A program made the position numbers and the translations under genes. Below the pieces are notes generated by a model that saw only the letters and a list, made by a program, of their open reading frames with translations, ran no database searches and was not told the DNA's origin. From positions 1 to 21,000 of the forward strand of contig JAKLZA010000243.1 of assembly GCA_030704615.1 (NCBI GenBank): 21,000 nucleotides of DNA, in the 5' to 3' direction. Shown here piece after piece: positions 20,152 through 21,000 of the stretch (position 1 is the first letter of the stretch; every line of letters starts with the position of its first letter). The DNA comes from Takakia lepidozioides. Lineage: Eukaryota > Plantae > Bryophyta.

Positions 20152-20229
20152 CTGCTCATGAAAACCGATTGTGTTACTACTCTGCTCATGCCGCTCATGC
20201 CGCTCATGCTCATGAAATAGCAAACCTCC
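20152..20229 (-). repeat. Right terminal inverted repeat with reiterated GCTCATG motifs
   Basis: tctgctcatgccgctcatgccgctcatgctcatgaaatagcaaacctcc is the reverse complement of the left-end pattern. Confidence 0.8.
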
Positions 20230-21000
20230 TGTCACCCCTAAGGCTCCTGTTGGTCTCAGTCTTTGCAAAAAATTAAGGGTACCCTATAGATCCCATATAA
20301 GTGTCTAAGTCCCAGACAGTCCTCTAACAGAGTGCCTCCGCATAGACAGGTAGCACGCAAGACCGAGGAGGACTGGAAAGAAGTCCAAATAGGTGTGATA
20401 GCCCTGGAGGGCAAGTGGAAGCACACGGACTCCTGCACATGTCGACAAAAACCCATTCAGAACACAATATGCAATACACAAGTCCAACGAAGAGGATGTC
20501 TACCATGTGAACTTTGCCTCAAGAAGAGTGATTCTCGATATTGAAACAACAATGCAAGCATCCACAGGTTGAACTTACTCACAGGCAAAGTCGGAGTCCA
20601 GCTCCTTGTCGGAAGTCTCCTCTGTATCAATATCAGCGGGACAGGGCTTCGGAAGGACTTGAGAAGTGTGTCCACCCAAACCCATCAGGAGGTTCTTGTA
20701 AATCTCAGCATCCCCTTCAATCCCAAAGAGATGTCGGGCACTGGCCTTGCAAGCGTGGTACGAAGCACCTGCAGTGGAATAGAATGAAGGAAGTAGACAT
20801 TGAAGACACATATGGAACGGTGGGAAGTACTGAAAGTGCAAGCTCAATCAAACCTCATGAAATCCGAATGTTGAAGAGACGAACCTGTGCCCATTGACAA
20901 ATCCAGAACTCTGGCGTCTGTGTAGGTGCAGCACTCCACAATCGTTTGAATGATAGCCGGGCTCCTCTCCCTTGCCCCTCTCCAAGGAACCCCATTCCCC
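20230..21000 (-). mobile_element. Probable 3' end of a second LTR retrotransposon (degenerate integrase tail, possible PPT, 3' LTR ~20710-20230)
   Basis: Minus-strand peptide NDCGVLHL...FVNGHR near 20885-20945 resembles the gypsy integrase C-terminal VNGHRLK motif. Purine-rich GGGATTGAAGGGGA is followed by TG at 20710, and the minus strand ends ...GGGGTGACA at 20230. Confidence 0.35.

Larger units (their letters stand above)
6669..20229. mobile_element. ~13.6 kb Mutator-like (MULE) DNA transposon with two divergent genes and internal palindrome arrays
   Basis: Imperfect TIRs GGGGGGCTGCTATTTCATGAGC (6669-6690) and GCTCATGAAATAGCAAACCTCC (20208-20229), 19/22 identity. It encloses a MULE-type transposase, and one repeat motif family is shared across the element. 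No clean TSD. Confidence 0.8.

Overview
Eukaryotic, transposon-dense DNA, most likely from a land plant (PLS-type PPR motifs, tRNA-Met primer-binding site, short GT-AG introns; a seed-free plant is my guess only). (1) 1-5895: a decayed minus-strand LTR retrotransposon with a probable 5' LTR (~4712-5895), PBS, gag-like ORF and a captured PPR fragment. (2) 6669-20229: a ~13.6 kb Mutator-like DNA transposon with short imperfect terminal inverted repeats and two divergent intron-containing genes. The plus-strand gene is a MULE-type DDE transposase with a GCM/WRKY-like zinc domain and a SWIM finger. The minus-strand gene has ~10 exons (~1,420-1,450 aa) and fuses a ParB/Srx-like domain to a beta-class N4-cytosine/N6-adenine DNA methyltransferase-like domain. 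It is invisible in the ORF track because introns split it into many short ORFs. Three non-coding compartments of the element (one intron, the intergenic region and the 3' subterminal region) carry repeat arrays built on one palindrome, GGAAATTCGGCGCCGAATTTCC. This is the candidate undescribed system: a transposon encoding a prokaryote-like ParB-MTase protein together with arrays of possible target sites. (3) 20230-21000: probable 3' end of another LTR element. All domain calls are by-eye motif recognition; no database searches were run.
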